Below, piece after piece: positions 18,711-20,000 of a stretch of DNA of 20,000 bases. The notes beneath the pieces were generated by a model, which ran no database searches, was not told the DNA's origin, and saw only the letters and a list, made by a program, of their open reading frames with translations. A program made the position numbers and the translations under genes. Each line of letters begins with the position of its first letter. Positions within the stretch are counted from its first letter, which is position 1. Origin of the DNA: Chiloscyllium plagiosum (taxonomy: Eukaryota); the NCBI RefSeq assembly GCF_004010195.1, contig NC_057718.1:18099574-18119573 (forward strand), given 5' to 3'.

Positions 18711-20000
18711 TTTTTGACCAGGTTAAGATGACTGGCAGAATCCTGTGAATTTGGTTTATCCCTTAATGAGATGCTGATAGACCATTTGGTATGTGGGATC
18801 AATGGTGTAACTATGCAAAAACACCTACAAGCTGAAGCCCAACTAGATTTTAAACAGGCACTACAACTGGCTTTATCATTGGAAAATAGAGCAAATGAAA
18901 CACACAAGTTATAGAGTATACCAATAGAAGTGGACACCCTCATCAGTCTGACTAACTTGGGAGACACAACTTGAATGAAAACAATTGCATAGCCTGATTC
19001 AGGACATATCCTGAACAGAGGGACTCCAGGTCAACCCACAGCAAAACCCCAAAGCAAAGCTAAACCTCAGCCAAACAGTTAAAATTATCTTCAGGACCTT
19101 AGCTGACAAGCCATTGTAGTTGCTGCAGATATGTGAGGACTCAAGACAGCAAAAACATCCTACTAAACCTAAATTGAGTAAGATAATTCATAGACTGGTA
19201 TCCAGAAGAGTTCAAACCCTGTAAAGTCCACCTACATCTGGTTTGGAACAGTTAACTCATTTAACAACATTAAAATCAGAACCAGTCAAGTTAAGGTTCC
19301 AGTTAAATGATCACCCAATTTTAATGGAGGTCAATACCTGTGTGGCTCTATCAGTGATCGCAGAACCAATCTTTAACAAAATTCGCTTCGGACTCCAGCC
19401 CTTAACTTTGCACAAAACCTCAGCCAGGCTGAGAAGCTATACTGGAGAAGCTATACTGGAGAAGCTATACTGGAGAAGCTATACTGGAGAAGCTATACTG
19501 GAGAAGCTATACTGGAGAAGCTATACTGGAGAAGCTATACTGGAGAAGCTATACTGGAGAAGCTATACTGGAGAAGCTATACTGGAGAAGCTATACTGGA
19601 GAAGCTATACTGGAGAAGCTATACTGGAGAAGCTATACTGGAGAAGCTATACTGGAGAAGCTATACTGGAGAAGCTATACTGGAGAAGCTATACTGGAGA
19701 AGCTATACTGGAGAAGCTATACTGGAGAAGCTATACTGGAGAAGCTATACTGGAGAAGCTATACTGGAGAAGCTATACTGGAGAAGCTATACTGGAGAAG
19801 CTATACTGGAGAAGCTATACTGGAGAAGCTATACTGGAGAAGCTATACTGGAGAAGCTATACTGGAGAAGCTATACTGGAGAAGCTATACTGGAGAAGCT
19901 ATACTGGAGAAGCTATACTGGAGAAGCTATACTGGAGAAGCTATACTGGAGAAGCTATACTGGAGAAGCTTTACTGGAGAAGCTATACTGGAGAACCTTT
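18711..20000 (+). mobile_element. Decayed Ty3/Gypsy LTR retrotransposon internal fragment (gag C-terminal part + aspartic protease), runs off the window
   Basis: From 18711: FLTRLR*LAESCEFGLSLNEMLIDHLVCGINGVTMQKHLQAEAQLDFKQALQLALSLE, matching the Gypsy gag 'LRxLAxxCxF..L.EMLRDRLVCGI' motif. From 19279, in another frame: EPVKLRFQLNDHPILMEVNTCVALSVIAE...SARLRSYTGE, a decayed retropepsin 'MEVDTGAxxSVI...LxxYTGE'. Stops and a frameshift are present. Confidence 0.85.
19431..19995. repeat. Minisatellite, 40 copies of GAGAAGCTATACTG (14 bp) plus a terminal GAGAA
   Basis: 560 bp = 40 x 14. One variant unit (no. 39, A>T at 19971). Non-repetitive sequence resumes 'ccttt' at 19996. Confidence 0.97.

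Noticed and set aside
19431..19995. CRISPR-like array
   Set aside because: The units are contiguous 14-mers with no unique spacers, there are no cas genes, and the context is vertebrate.

Overview
Repeat-dense vertebrate non-coding DNA. The repeat families (HE1/V-SINE-type tRNA-derived SINEs, CR1 and L2-like LINE ends, Penelope-like elements) point to a shark or other elasmobranch. I found no supportable host gene or exon; almost all listed ORFs are decayed transposon fragments or chance frames. The most notable signal is a dispersed set of at least 7 minimal type I hammerhead ribozyme motifs (CTGANGA-A-stem II-GAAAC(G/A/T)T(C/T)) carried by Penelope-like element (PLE) ends. They occur as truncated PLE 3' ends, as two ~90-bp 'ribozyme + tail' insertions sharing the same 3' endpoint, and as head-to-head palindromic insertions. 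One palindrome has perfect 77-bp arms and a 13-bp target-site duplication (TSD). The window ends in a decayed Ty3/Gypsy gag-protease remnant. A 14-bp piece of its protease sequence has expanded into a near-perfect 40-copy minisatellite that keeps the frame open. All family assignments come from motif recognition, not database searches.
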